From the NCBI GenBank assembly GCA_965284405.1, contig OZ260081.1, positions 2,209,732 to 2,273,731 of the forward strand: a DNA stretch of 64,000 nucleotides. Direction: 5' to 3'. The position numbers and the translations under genes are program-made. Within the stretch, counting starts at the first letter, position 1. Every line of letters begins with the position of its first letter. Below the pieces are notes generated by a model, which saw only the letters and a list, made by a program, of their open reading frames with translations, ran no database searches and was not told the origin of the DNA. This stretch comes from Balneola sp. (GTDB taxonomy: Bacteria > Bacteroidota > Rhodothermia > Balneolales > Balneolaceae). Shown here piece after piece: positions 1-10,646 of this stretch.

Positions 1-1876
1 CGACTCAACCATATATCCTGAATATTTTCAAAGAAATGACAGAGAAGGTCAAAATCTGGAATTTTCGGGCTATGTATTAGCTCCTGTAAATGGTGAATTT
101 CCTAAAGTCGATTCACTGTATAGTTTTGACTTGGACTTCAATACCGTAGATCTTTGGATTGTTCCTTTCCTGATACCAAAAGTATTTACAGAAATGGCCG
201 GAGTAGCAACAGGATCGGGTAAAGTGTGGGGCAACTTAGATGACTATGATTTTAAGGTTGATTATGATATTGGTGCGAACGATGCGGTTTACATGAAGCC
301 AAGGTTTTTAGATACTTATTATTATGGTCAGGGTCCGATTACTTTTACCCGAAAAGATGGCTTAGTTTTTGAAGACATATTTTTGATAGATCCTTCCGGA
401 GGTATGGCAGTTTTAGACGGTTGGTATAATTTTAATGACTTTCAGCCCGTACACAGTATGGATATCAGAATTGATACGGATGAATTTCAATTCCTGAATA
501 ACAACTTTGATCCCAACGCACCTTTCTTTGGGAAAGCATACGGAACGGGAGTTGTTAATATTTCAGGTACCAATCTTAATCCGGTTCTAACTACTCCTGA
601 ACCAATGTTAATTTCAGATTTTTCTCAAATTGAGTTGCCACTGCTTGAGGAAACGGAATTTGATGAAGACAATAAATTTATTCGTTTTGTAGATACTTTT
701 GATGGATACGGAGTAGATTCAACATCACTGAATGATGGGGGTACGTTTTCCATCAATGACCAAATCGACCTTTCAGAACTTACTTTTGCTGAAAGATTCA
801 CTTTAGATCTTCAGTTTATTGCTAACAATCCAATGACGGTCCGCTTAATTTTCGATCAAATTACGGGAGATATTATAACCGCAAATGGTACTGGTCGTTT
901 AAGGATCAGACTAGAAGATGAAGATCTCAGTATTTTTGGCCGGTTTGATATAAGTGATGGAAATTATCAGTTGGTAAGTGGGGATATATTCACAAGACGA
1001 TTTAATCTTGAACCGGGTGGAAATATTGTCTGGGAAGGAGAGCCTGATAACGCACGTATAAATATTAATGCGGTGTATTCTGCAAGGCCGAATATCAGAA
1101 CCTTAACCACTTCAAGATCTGAGCTGGATTTAACTGATCCAAGTAACATTCAACGTACACCTGTTGATCTTGTACTTAATATTAGTGGGTCTCTATCAAG
1201 TATCGAAAACAATTTCTATTTCCGTTTGCCAAATACATTTGAAGCAAGACAAAGTTCTACTTTATCAACTCAGATTGCATCCCTAAATAGAAATGAAGAC
1301 GAAAAATTATTACAAGCCACAAGCTTCCTTTTAATGGGTGATTTTATCCCTGCAACTTCTGTAAATGGAGCTTCTTCATTAACAGAGAACTTTACGGGCA
1401 GCGGCGCTGTTTTAAACCCATTGATATCAAACCAATTAATAAGCCCTTTGCTTTCTAATCAAATTAACTCTTTATTGAGCAGTGATATAAGCAGTTTTGA
1501 TGTAGATTTTAATCTAAATACCTATAATCAGGTTGATTTAGGTCTGGCACTCAGGCTTTATAATGACAGAATTATTATTCGAAGAGACGGACAACTTACT
1601 GGGGCGCAATCTAATATTGGAGATTTGGGAGCTACGTATAAAATAAACCGAACATTTTCAGTTACTGCTTTTCACAGGCAAGACCCCACGTTTAGTAACC
1701 TCTCAAATGGACAAGAAACCCAACAAGGACAAGATATTAACGGAGTTGGCGTAGAAGCGGAAGTTAGTTTTAACACCTGGCAAGATTTTTTCAGGAGATT
1801 GGGTAGCCCATTCAGAAAGCTGTTTGGTAAAAATGAAAACAAAGAAGAAAATAATGGGAATGAAAATCCCAGTTAA
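1..1876 (+). CDS. tamB: Translocation/assembly module TamB (DUF490) protein, 5'-truncated by window edge
   Basis: Frame is open from position 2 to the stop at 1876. Beta-taco-like repeats and a C-terminal DUF490-type region (G.F.I..G.Y...F.L..GG.I.W.G.P.NA.INI.AVY). Confidence 0.8.
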   Translation, partial: DSTIYPEYFQRNDREGQNLEFSGYVLAPVNGEFPKVDSLYSFDLDFNTVDLWIVPFLIPKVFTEMAGVATGSGKVWGNLDDYDFKVDYDIGANDAVYMKPRFLDTYYYGQGPITFTRKDGLVFEDIFLIDPSGGMAVLDGWYNFNDFQPVHSMDIRIDTDEFQFLNNNFDPNAPFFGKAYGTGVVNISGTNLNPVLTTPEPMLISDFSQIELPLLEETEFDEDNKFIRFVDTFDGYGVDSTSLNDGGTFSINDQIDLSELTFAERFTLDLQFIANNPMTVRLIFDQITGDIITANGTGRLRIRLEDEDLSIFGRFDISDGNYQLVSGDIFTRRFNLEPGGNIVWEGEPDNARININAVYSARPNIRTLTTSRSELDLTDPSNIQRTPVDLVLNISGSLSSIENNFYFRLPNTFEARQSSTLSTQIASLNRNEDEKLLQATSFLLMGDFIPATSVNGASSLTENFTGSGAVLNPLISNQLISPLLSNQINSLLSSDISSFDVDFNLNTYNQVDLGLALRLYNDRIIIRRDGQLTGAQSNIGDLGATYKINRTFSVTAFHRQDPTFSNLSNGQETQQGQDINGVGVEAEVSFNTWQDFFRRLGSPFRKLFGKNENKEENNGNENPS

Positions 1877-1888
1877 CAAAAGGATTTA

Positions 1889-4045
1889 ATGAGTAGAAAC
1901 TCACGAGAAAGTAGTTTAGAACAAATAATAATAGATCTTGTAAAAAGCAGTCCTAATAATTCATTACAGAGAGATGTGATTGCGAATGCATTAGCAGTAA
2001 ATAGTAAAAAAGAGCATCGCAAACTGGATAAAGCAATAGACAGGCTTGATAAAAAAGGGATCTTAAGCAAAAATGGACCACAAATTCAGCTAAGAACATC
2101 TCACAAAAAAATAAAGAAACAAGATTCTAATTTAGTTGAAGGATACATTCAGCTGACCCCACGAGGAACCGGTTATGTAATTGTAGAAGGGATGGAAGAA
2201 GATGTAATGATTCCCGGAAATGATACAGGTCTATGTTTGCCAAATGACATAGTCTCAGTTAAAATAACAGGCAAAAGAAACAGCGGCCAACCTAAAGGCA
2301 AAGTTGTTGAGATTCTAAAACGAGGGAAAGAATTTTACGTTGGTACATTCAAAAGAACAGGCGACAGAACTTATTTAATAGAACCCGACCAAAAGTCTGC
2401 TCATGTAAACTTTTTTGTTTTAAAAGACAATGTTAATGGTGCTCATAATGATGACAAAGTCCTGTTCAAGCTGAAAAACTGGACACATCCAAAAGCATTA
2501 CCGGAAGCAGAAGTGACTTCCATATTGGGTAAATCCGGGACCAATGACGCAAATATCCTGTCAATTTTAGCGGAAAATGAGCTCAGGTCAGATTTTGATC
2601 AGGAAGTAGAAACCTTTGCAGAAAGAATTCCGGTAGAAATTCCCGAAGAAGAATTTAAGCGTCGTAAAGATATGCGGGAAGATTTTGTGTTTACCATTGA
2701 TCCTGCGGATGCTAAAGATTTTGATGACGCGTTGAGCATTGAATTACTTGAGAATGGAAACTTTTATTTAGGTGTACATATTGCAGATGTAAGTCATTAT
2801 GTAACTCCTGATACTATTCTTGATAAAGAAGCATATAGCCGTGGAACCAGCGTTTATCTTGTTGACAGAGTAATTCCGATGTTACCTGAAAAACTAAGTA
2901 ATGGTGTATGTAGTCTTCGCCCAAATGAGGACAAACTAACCTATAGTTGCTTTATGGAAATCGATCAAAATGGTAAGTTAATTGATTATTCAGTTGAAGA
3001 AACGGCCATTCATTCAAAGCAAAGATTTACTTATGAACAGGCTCAGGAAGTACTGGATGGAAAAGATCATAAGTACAAAAAAGAATTAAAGATAGCTGAG
3101 AAATTAGCAAAAACTCTTTTAGAAAAAAGGTTCAAAGAAGGTGCTATTGATTTTGATAATCCGGAACCAAAGTTTGTTCTGGATGAGAAGGGTACACCTA
3201 TAGAAGTGATCATTAAAAAGAGAATTTTTGCTCATCGACTTATTGAAGAATGTATGTTGATGGCAAATAAGACGGTTGCATTACATGTCGAAAATCTCAG
3301 AAAGGAGTCGGGAAAGAAGAAATCCAAAAATCTGTTTCCATTTTTCTATCGTATTCATGATAAACCTGATCAGGAAAAATTAGCAGGTGTAGCTGAGCAG
3401 GTGGCCCCTTTAGATATTAAGTTTGAAGTGATAGATAATATGACTCCCAAAAAGATTAATGAGCTTCTGCAAAAAGTAAAAAACACATCTGTAGAATCTA
3501 TAGTTAATGGATTGATGTTGCGCTCAATGGCAAAAGCAGAGTATTCTCCGGCTAATATTGGACACTTCGGATTAGGCTTTCCACATTATGCACACTTTAC
3601 AAGCCCTATCCGTCGTTACCCTGATGTGATAGTTCATAGATTATTGAAAAAATATTCTTCGGGTACAACCGGTTATAACTTTGAGGCTCTCATAAAGCAT
3701 GGCGAACATTGCAGCAGTCGCGAAAGAGTTGCAGTGGACGCAGAAAGAGATTCTATAAAACTTAAGCAAGTGGAATTTTTAAGTACAAAAATAGGTGAAT
3801 CGTTCAACGGTACTATTACCGGGGTTACTGAAAGAGGTATTTTTGTAAATTTAAACGACATTTTTTGTGAAGGTATGGTTAGAGTTTCTGATCTGAAAGG
3901 TGATTATTATGTTTTCAATCCAAAAACACACGCACTGGTAGGGCGGTCATCAGGTAAAGCATATAAACTTGGCGATGATATTAAGGTAAAAGTTGAAAGC
4001 ACTAATACACAAAAGCGACAAATTGATTTTACATTAGCAAAATAA
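1889..4045 (+). CDS. rnr: Ribonuclease R
   Basis: N-terminal HTH/CSD region, RNB motifs IDPADAKDFDDA and HFTSPIRRYPD, C-terminal S1 domain. Confidence 0.95.
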   Translation: MSRNSRESSLEQIIIDLVKSSPNNSLQRDVIANALAVNSKKEHRKLDKAIDRLDKKGILSKNGPQIQLRTSHKKIKKQDSNLVEGYIQLTPRGTGYVIVEGMEEDVMIPGNDTGLCLPNDIVSVKITGKRNSGQPKGKVVEILKRGKEFYVGTFKRTGDRTYLIEPDQKSAHVNFFVLKDNVNGAHNDDKVLFKLKNWTHPKALPEAEVTSILGKSGTNDANILSILAENELRSDFDQEVETFAERIPVEIPEEEFKRRKDMREDFVFTIDPADAKDFDDALSIELLENGNFYLGVHIADVSHYVTPDTILDKEAYSRGTSVYLVDRVIPMLPEKLSNGVCSLRPNEDKLTYSCFMEIDQNGKLIDYSVEETAIHSKQRFTYEQAQEVLDGKDHKYKKELKIAEKLAKTLLEKRFKEGAIDFDNPEPKFVLDEKGTPIEVIIKKRIFAHRLIEECMLMANKTVALHVENLRKESGKKKSKNLFPFFYRIHDKPDQEKLAGVAEQVAPLDIKFEVIDNMTPKKINELLQKVKNTSVESIVNGLMLRSMAKAEYSPANIGHFGLGFPHYAHFTSPIRRYPDVIVHRLLKKYSSGTTGYNFEALIKHGEHCSSRERVAVDAERDSIKLKQVEFLSTKIGESFNGTITGVTERGIFVNLNDIFCEGMVRVSDLKGDYYVFNPKTHALVGRSSGKAYKLGDDIKVKVESTNTQKRQIDFTLAK

Positions 4046-4057
4046 ACTGATATTGAT

Positions 4058-7000
4058 ATGAAGGCACGAATTTTCTTACCCATTCTAATAGGCCTGCTGG
4101 CTTCTAGCTTAAGCTATTCTCAATATTTCTCTTATGGGAAAAACAGAGTTCAATATGAAAATTTTGAGTGGAGATATTTACAGTCGAAGCACTTCGATGT
4201 GTATTACTATGGTGAAAAAAATTATAAGCTCGCAGAATTTGCATCCATGAGTGTGGAAAGTGCCTACAAGCAGCTAAAAGATGATTTTGATCATGAACTA
4301 TCAGATCGTATTTCAGTTATTATATATGATTCTCATAATGATTTTTCTCAAACGAATGTAGTAAACCTTCCCACAAGTGCAGAGGGAATAGGTGGCGTAA
4401 CTGACAAGTATAAAAACAGAATGACTATTCCCTTTGATGGAGAATACAGTGATTTCAGACGTACAATACACCATGAGTTAGTGCACGCAGTGTTCAATGA
4501 TATGTTTTACGGAGGGTCGGTTAATTCTATAATTCAAAACAATATTCAGTTAGTATTTCCACTTTGGTTTGAGGAAGGTTTGGCTGAGTACACTGCTTTA
4601 GGTTGGGATACCAATACCGATATGTTTATCAGAGATGCGGTAATTAATAATTATTTACCTCCGATAAGATACCTGAATGGCTATTACGCATATAGAGGAG
4701 GGCAGTCGTTTTGGAATTATATCGTTGAAGAATACGGAAGAGAGAAGATCGCAGAAATTCTTCAAAGCATTAAGACAAGCAGAAGTGTTGAGTATGGATT
4801 AATTACTTCAGTCGGTATGAATGTCGATGAAATCTCGAAAGCATGGACAGAAGCGTTGAAGAAAAGGTACTATCCGGAAGTTGCAGAGAGAGAAAGAGCT
4901 GATGCATTGGCTACGCTTCTCACTGAAAGAGGAGAGTTTGGTTCATACAATACAAGTGCTGCAATTTCTCCACAAGGGGATAAGGTGGCGTTTATTACCA
5001 ACAGCAGAGGATATTTTGATGTAGTGGTAATTAGTACGATCAATGGTAATAAACTAAAAACACTGATCAGAGGTGAAGATAACCCGGATTTCGAAGAACT
5101 GAATATCCTTAATCCGAACCTTACCTGGTCGCCTGACGGCTCTAAAGTTGCTTTATCTACAAAAACAAAAGGCAGGGATGATATTGCAATAATAGATTAT
5201 AACACCAAGGAAATAGAAAAGATCAAATTCCCGAATATAGATGCAATCGGATCAGTTTCTTGGTCACCTGATGGGGCAAAAATAGCATTTGACGGAAATA
5301 TCGGTCCTTTTCAAGATATATTCGTTTTTAATTTGAATACAAAAGAACTGGAAAATCTTACCAGAGATATTTACTCAGATCGAGAACCGGCTTGGTCATC
5401 AGATTCAGAATCGGTGTATTTTGTATCTGATAGAGGAGAGAGCTTAGCATTGGGAGAAACACTTACCAGTTACAGTTTATTCAAGAACAATGGTATGTAT
5501 CAGACAGATATTTACGAAGTGAAAATAGGCACTGACAGGGCTATTCAAATTACAAATAGTCCGTTGTGGAATGAATTCCAACCTATAACTACTCAAAACG
5601 GGAAACTTCTTTTTATTTCAGATGAAAACGGGATTCAAAATCTTAAAGAACTGAACTTAAAAACAAGGACTGCAGTATCAATTACTGATTTACAGACGGG
5701 TATATCTCAGATATCAATAAGTGCTGATGGAAGTAAATTGGCTTTCAATTCAATTAACAATGGGTACTTAGATATTTTCTTGATCAAATCACCTTTAAAT
5801 AAAGAGATCAAAAAACCTATTACAGAAAACTATTGGGCTAAAAGACGCTCTTCAGAATCAGAAGCTCAGAGAGTTCCCGCTACAAAATTTGCTCAGGAAT
5901 TTTTTAAAGAAGGGGTTGTTTCAATCACGGATATAGAAGAAAAAGAGAAAGTTGAAGCAGATTCTATCTTATCTAATAACGAAGAAGATGGCATAGACTT
6001 CAGAAATTATGTGTTTACAGACGATGTACTTCAGGATTCAACGATCTACCTTCAGGATATCGAAGCCTTTACAGTAAGTGACAATTTAACGGAAGATGGC
6101 AGATACGTTCCGCAAGAGTACAGACTTAAATTTGATGTCGATATTGCATACAGCCCATCCTTTGTAGCTTCAACTTATGGTTCCTATGCTCTTACTCAGT
6201 TTATAATCAGCGACTTGCTTGGTGATTATCAATTGTCGCTAGGTACAAATTTTGTTTTCGATTTAAGAGAAAGTGATTATAGTTTCAGGTTTGGAAATCT
6301 AAAGAACAGAACTAATTACTTTATAAGTTACTTTCATACATCAAGAAAGTATCAAAGCTTTTTTGGAGATTTAATACGCTATAGAACCTATGGTTTGGGT
6401 GGCACAGTTCAATATCCATTCGATAAATTCAGCAGGCTTGATTTTAATGTAACCCTGCTAAATGTAGATTTGGATTTTAACTCTGTGATTGATCGTCCTA
6501 ACGGAACCGGAAACTCTTCCTCCGACAGAAGTCAACAAAGTCAATTTTTATATCCTGAACTGGTTTATACCGATGATAAAACGAAACCCGGTTTTATTAC
6601 TCCAAGTGGAGGTTACCGATATTCTGTTGGTTTAAGTGGTAGTCCTGTAATTGGAAAGACAGCACCCGAATTTGCATCAGTTTTGGGAGACTTTAGAAAG
6701 TATTTTGATATGGGATATCAATACACATTTGCTTTAAGATATTCCGGAGCAGCCTCTATAGGTAAAGATTCACAAAACTATTTCTTGGGTGGTAAACTGG
6801 GTTGGCTAAATCAACAATATTCAAATAATGGTTTCTCCAACGACAGAATAACCGATAACTTTTTTACGGTACCAGCCCTTCCATTGAGAGGCTTTGAATA
6901 CAATTCTATCAATGGTAATAAGTTTAGTCTTGTAAATGCAGAATTCAGATTTCCATTGTTTGCAGCACTTGTACCGGGAGCTGTTCCTATTCTGCCTCTA

Positions 7001-7342
7001 TATAATGTTACCGGTCTTGCATTTGTTGATGCAGGAGCCGCTTGGGGACAGACGATAAATTACGGACTTCTTAAAAACCCTGATTTAAATTCTGAATTCG
7101 CAGTAAATGATAAAAAACTGGATTTTACGGTAGCAAAAGAGACTACAGGGTATATACCAAATGGTGATGGTACATTCTCTGAATTCAAATACTTAGACGG
7201 CGATGTGTTAATTGGCGCAGGATTTGGTTTAAGATCAATACTGTTTGGCTTGCCGTTTGGATATGATATTGGTTGGGCTTACGACAGAACCGGTTTTAAA
7301 TCTGATGCCGTTCATTATTTCTCTATAGGAATTGATTTCTAA
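4058..7342 (+). CDS. Omp85/BamA-TamA-family outer membrane protein with N-terminal gluzincin (MA-like) peptidase and PD40/TolB-like beta-propeller
   Basis: Signal peptide. HELVH...EEGLAEY zinc motif. Repeated (W/I)SPDG/WSSD propeller motifs. Omp85 signatures LRGF and FVDAG, terminal Phe (GIDF). Confidence 0.8.
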   Translation: MKARIFLPILIGLLASSLSYSQYFSYGKNRVQYENFEWRYLQSKHFDVYYYGEKNYKLAEFASMSVESAYKQLKDDFDHELSDRISVIIYDSHNDFSQTNVVNLPTSAEGIGGVTDKYKNRMTIPFDGEYSDFRRTIHHELVHAVFNDMFYGGSVNSIIQNNIQLVFPLWFEEGLAEYTALGWDTNTDMFIRDAVINNYLPPIRYLNGYYAYRGGQSFWNYIVEEYGREKIAEILQSIKTSRSVEYGLITSVGMNVDEISKAWTEALKKRYYPEVAERERADALATLLTERGEFGSYNTSAAISPQGDKVAFITNSRGYFDVVVISTINGNKLKTLIRGEDNPDFEELNILNPNLTWSPDGSKVALSTKTKGRDDIAIIDYNTKEIEKIKFPNIDAIGSVSWSPDGAKIAFDGNIGPFQDIFVFNLNTKELENLTRDIYSDREPAWSSDSESVYFVSDRGESLALGETLTSYSLFKNNGMYQTDIYEVKIGTDRAIQITNSPLWNEFQPITTQNGKLLFISDENGIQNLKELNLKTRTAVSITDLQTGISQISISADGSKLAFNSINNGYLDIFLIKSPLNKEIKKPITENYWAKRRSSESEAQRVPATKFAQEFFKEGVVSITDIEEKEKVEADSILSNNEEDGIDFRNYVFTDDVLQDSTIYLQDIEAFTVSDNLTEDGRYVPQEYRLKFDVDIAYSPSFVASTYGSYALTQFIISDLLGDYQLSLGTNFVFDLRESDYSFRFGNLKNRTNYFISYFHTSRKYQSFFGDLIRYRTYGLGGTVQYPFDKFSRLDFNVTLLNVDLDFNSVIDRPNGTGNSSSDRSQQSQFLYPELVYTDDKTKPGFITPSGGYRYSVGLSGSPVIGKTAPEFASVLGDFRKYFDMGYQYTFALRYSGAASIGKDSQNYFLGGKLGWLNQQYSNNGFSNDRITDNFFTVPALPLRGFEYNSINGNKFSLVNAEFRFPLFAALVPGAVPILPLYNVTGLAFVDAGAAWGQTINYGLLKNPDLNSEFAVNDKKLDFTVAKETTGYIPNGDGTFSEFKYLDGDVLIGAGFGLRSILFGLPFGYDIGWAYDRTGFKSDAVHYFSIGIDF

Positions 7343-7346
7343 TAGA

Positions 7347-8639
7347 TCAATTACCGGAGTTAAAACTACCTATGATTAAAAGTCTTTGGTAGTTTTTTTC
7401 AGGATCCAGGTAATAGACAAAAGAATGGTATGACTGCCTGCGATTTGTAATCGAATCATTGATGGGAATGGCAGTGGAATTCGCTGAATTTTCGTACTTC
7501 TGAAAATATTTATATCGATAATTCCCTTCCTTAATTAATACATCAGCCGACCATAAACCGGTATTGGAGTTATAATTCAATTCTGAATCTTTGTCTAATG
7601 TCCAGGAGTTAAAATCTCCTGCTACATATAATTCTGTATTTTCAGTGTTCAACGTTCCTGATTTGAATCTGAATTGAACCTCTGCATATCTGGAATCTCT
7701 GTTCTTTTCAGGTTTACCAAAGTTGGATGAATAGCTTACAGAAGGAGAGGCCGTAAAATTTAATATGTCTCTCTTTAAAATAACTCTGGGAGGGATAAAC
7801 TCAGGCTGCCAATCTTCTATCTTATCTAAATTGATATTTAGATCCGTGAGATCTAAAGGGATAAAATCAAAACCCGATGTAAATAAATTGCTTCTTGGTG
7901 TATAAAATCGAACTTTACCCGGAGATGTGATGTCAAAGGTTTCCGTAGATTTTGCACTTCCCCAAAACCGGTTTTGTACAAATCTAAAAGCCAGATCAAA
8001 TTGCGGAAACTCCACTTCTTCAGGATATTCGTAAATTGAAAAAAGCTGATCTGAAGCTGAAAAATTATTTCCTGAATTATAAAGTGTTTCAACTCTCGAG
8101 GTTATTTTTCCTGCCTGCTCTGTTACAAAAAAGGGGATACTGAAAAGTTTAGTATTTGATGAATAATCAAAAACATTGAGCAAGTAATTACCACTGGATA
8201 TGAATTTCACATTATTATTAGGAAATTCAGCTTTATAGTGAAAATAGTTGGGTTTTGACAGGGAGTTTATTTCTCCTCCAGTAATAATAAGCTCATTAAA
8301 ACCATCTAAATACCAAGCTTCCGGTATATTACTTGGGTTCCAGTTTTGGTCGAAATGTTCAAAGGTAACTCTGAATTGTCCCGAGAGAGAAGTAAGCTCA
8401 TCAAATTCTAAAACAAGCTTTTCTCTATTGTTAAGAGTTATGATAGGAGGATTATTTTGATTCCCTTTTCTGTAAAGTTGAATGCTTTTAAAAGAAGCGG
8501 GCGCGCTCAGCTGATTAGGCACTAAGAGCAACCCTTGATCCTGGTTTTCATCCCGATTCGAATATCTTGTAGAAATTTCGGACGTTCCTGAACACGATAA
8601 AAGAACTACCAAAAAAGAAATAAAGAAATTTCTAAACAT
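7347..8639 (-). CDS. DUF5103 / type IX secretion plug-like lipoprotein with C-terminal CBM48-like domain
   Basis: Lipobox-like LLSC after ATG 8639. N-terminal PII.L..E.L.LEFDEL...F..T.EH.D.NW pattern typical of DUF5103. LYVAGDFNSW...GNYRYKY is CBM48-like. Confidence 0.65.
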   Translation of the reverse strand: MFRNFFISFLVVLLSCSGTSEISTRYSNRDENQDQGLLLVPNQLSAPASFKSIQLYRKGNQNNPPIITLNNREKLVLEFDELTSLSGQFRVTFEHFDQNWNPSNIPEAWYLDGFNELIITGGEINSLSKPNYFHYKAEFPNNNVKFISSGNYLLNVFDYSSNTKLFSIPFFVTEQAGKITSRVETLYNSGNNFSASDQLFSIYEYPEEVEFPQFDLAFRFVQNRFWGSAKSTETFDITSPGKVRFYTPRSNLFTSGFDFIPLDLTDLNINLDKIEDWQPEFIPPRVILKRDILNFTASPSVSYSSNFGKPEKNRDSRYAEVQFRFKSGTLNTENTELYVAGDFNSWTLDKDSELNYNSNTGLWSADVLIKEGNYRYKYFQKYENSANSTAIPINDSITNRRQSYHSFVYYLDPEKNYQRLLIIGSFNSGN

Positions 8640-9462
8640 TAATTTTCCCTTCAAAAACGAAGTTGGCCGGTCCTGCCAGTCTTATATTTGTATACGTTTT
8701 GTTCTCAGTATCATAATTGAAAGAGACACTAAGCGTTCCTCCCTTTACTGAGATCATGTAATCGAAATTCTTACTCTCTTTTTCATTACTGGAATAATGT
8801 GTTGCAATAGCAGATGCAATAGCTCCGGTACCGCAAGCTAATGTCAAACCTTCCACTCCGCGTTCGTAAGTTTGCAGTTCTATTTTCGTTTCTTCCTTTT
8901 TACAAACAAAATTAACGTTTGAACCCGGTGGATTTAAACTGTCGTGATTTCTAAGCATTGAACCAACAGTAATTAGCTCGGATTCAATTTTAAGCTGATC
9001 ATCATCTACAAAGTCGACAACATGTTCGGTTCCTGTATAAACCTGAATAAGTTGATAGTTCTCAATTTGAATGTTTCCCGGCTCCGATACATCAGGAAAA
9101 CCTACTGAGACTGAATTATTCTGCAGGTTTACTTCAGCATTGTATATAGCTTTGTGAACATTGAAGGTTTGATCTACTCCGAAACCATGATGTGCTGCAA
9201 ACAAAGCCAGACATCGGCTCCCGTTTCCGCACATGCCTGCATCGCTTCCATCTGCATTTCTGTAGATCATGGTATAATCAACTCCATCGACTTGAGGGCT
9301 TTCCAGTGCCATTAATCCGTCTGCTCCAATGCCAAACCGACGATCACATAATTCAGGAGTAAAATCAATGATCTCTTTCATTGTAAACTGAAGGTGCCTG
9401 TTGTCGATAACCACAAAATCATTACCTGCACCTTCCATTTTATAAAACGTAATTTCTCTCAT
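8632..9462 (-). CDS. dapF: Diaminopimelate epimerase
   Basis: FYKMEGAGNDF, MCGNGSRC and TLACGTGA catalytic Cys motifs. Confidence 0.96.
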   Translation of the reverse strand: MREITFYKMEGAGNDFVVIDNRHLQFTMKEIIDFTPELCDRRFGIGADGLMALESPQVDGVDYTMIYRNADGSDAGMCGNGSRCLALFAAHHGFGVDQTFNVHKAIYNAEVNLQNNSVSVGFPDVSEPGNIQIENYQLIQVYTGTEHVVDFVDDDQLKIESELITVGSMLRNHDSLNPPGSNVNFVCKKEETKIELQTYERGVEGLTLACGTGAIASAIATHYSSNEKESKNFDYMISVKGGTLSVSFNYDTENKTYTNIRLAGPANFVFEGKINV

Positions 9463-10646
9463 TATTCTACAAAAGCCGGTAAATGTTTCCAGTTTTCATT
9501 TTCCGAGATATAAGGATCAAGGCCTCTCATTAGTGCAGAAAACCTGAATGAGAGTACAACAAATATCAATTTCGGGGATACATTTTGTCGGAGCATTGGT
9601 CGGCATTCATCAATATGGGAAAGCATATTTTCAAGTTTAGCTTCATTTAAAGCTTTCACGAATTTTTTTATGGAATCTATTTGATCAACGTTAGTAACCA
9701 GTTTTTCATTCTCTGTTTCTTTATAGACGATAAGATCTCGAATATACATTTCCAATAAATTGGTAATAGCGATCAGACCTTCAATATTATTTGAGCTTTG
9801 CCAATCCTGAGAAAGTTTTGAAAGTGCAGAAGCATCCTGGCTGAATGAATGCCTTAAAAATTCTACAATTTCTTCTCGATTCTGCTTTAATTTTTTTACG
9901 TCAAAAAATCGCGTTGCGGCGTAATTGCCGTTTGCTACTCTGGCCAGATACTTGGCATCATCCGGATCAATGTTATCTATGTCAACTAATCCCTGTTCAA
10001 CCTCAGCTTGTGTAAGTGTACCAAGAGGAATATGTTGACAACGGGATGTGATAGTAGGAAGGAGGCTTTCATAACTTTCTGTGGTCAGAATAAACATCAG
10101 TCGATCAGAAGGTTCTTCCAATAATTTTAAAAAAGCATTGGCAGTTTCCTTTCTCATTGTTTCAACTTGTGTCATAATTACTACAACACGATCCCCTTCG
10201 TTAGGACGGAGCTTTGCAACAGGTCTGATCTCATCTCTGAAATAATCGATAGGATAAAATGCCTGTAAGTTTTTGGAGGAGCTTTCATCATGAAGAGAGG
10301 GTCTTTGAGAAAAATTTATGATCTCGTAAGGGTCCTTAGCCAATAATTCCAAACGCTCCCTGAGGTCTTCAGTATTTGCTGATGTCGGCTTTGGAATAAA
10401 AACATGAATATCGGGGTGAGAAAACCATGATGACTTCTTAGAACTGGTTTCTGTGCCCAGATCAGAGATATTGCTGATACCATTCATAGCTTCCGCAAAA
10501 GCAAGAGCAAAAGCCGTTTTACCAACACCTGCTGCGCCTGATATTAAATAAGCATGGCCAATTCTTCCGGAGCCGATCATTCGCTCAATTTGATCCTTCG
10601 CTCTTTTTTGTCCGATCAAGCGGTTATTTCCAAATGAAATATTCAA
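9462..10646 (-). CDS. holB: DNA polymerase III subunit delta'
   Basis: Walker A GAAGVGKT, HPD motif, ANAFLKLLEEP, TITSRCQ. Confidence 0.9.
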   Translation of the reverse strand: MNISFGNNRLIGQKRAKDQIERMIGSGRIGHAYLISGAAGVGKTAFALAFAEAMNGISNISDLGTETSSKKSSWFSHPDIHVFIPKPTSANTEDLRERLELLAKDPYEIINFSQRPSLHDESSSKNLQAFYPIDYFRDEIRPVAKLRPNEGDRVVVIMTQVETMRKETANAFLKLLEEPSDRLMFILTTESYESLLPTITSRCQHIPLGTLTQAEVEQGLVDIDNIDPDDAKYLARVANGNYAATRFFDVKKLKQNREEIVEFLRHSFSQDASALSKLSQDWQSSNNIEGLIAITNLLEMYIRDLIVYKETENEKLVTNVDQIDSIKKFVKALNEAKLENMLSHIDECRPMLRQNVSPKLIFVVLSFRFSALMRGLDPYISENENWKHLPAFVE

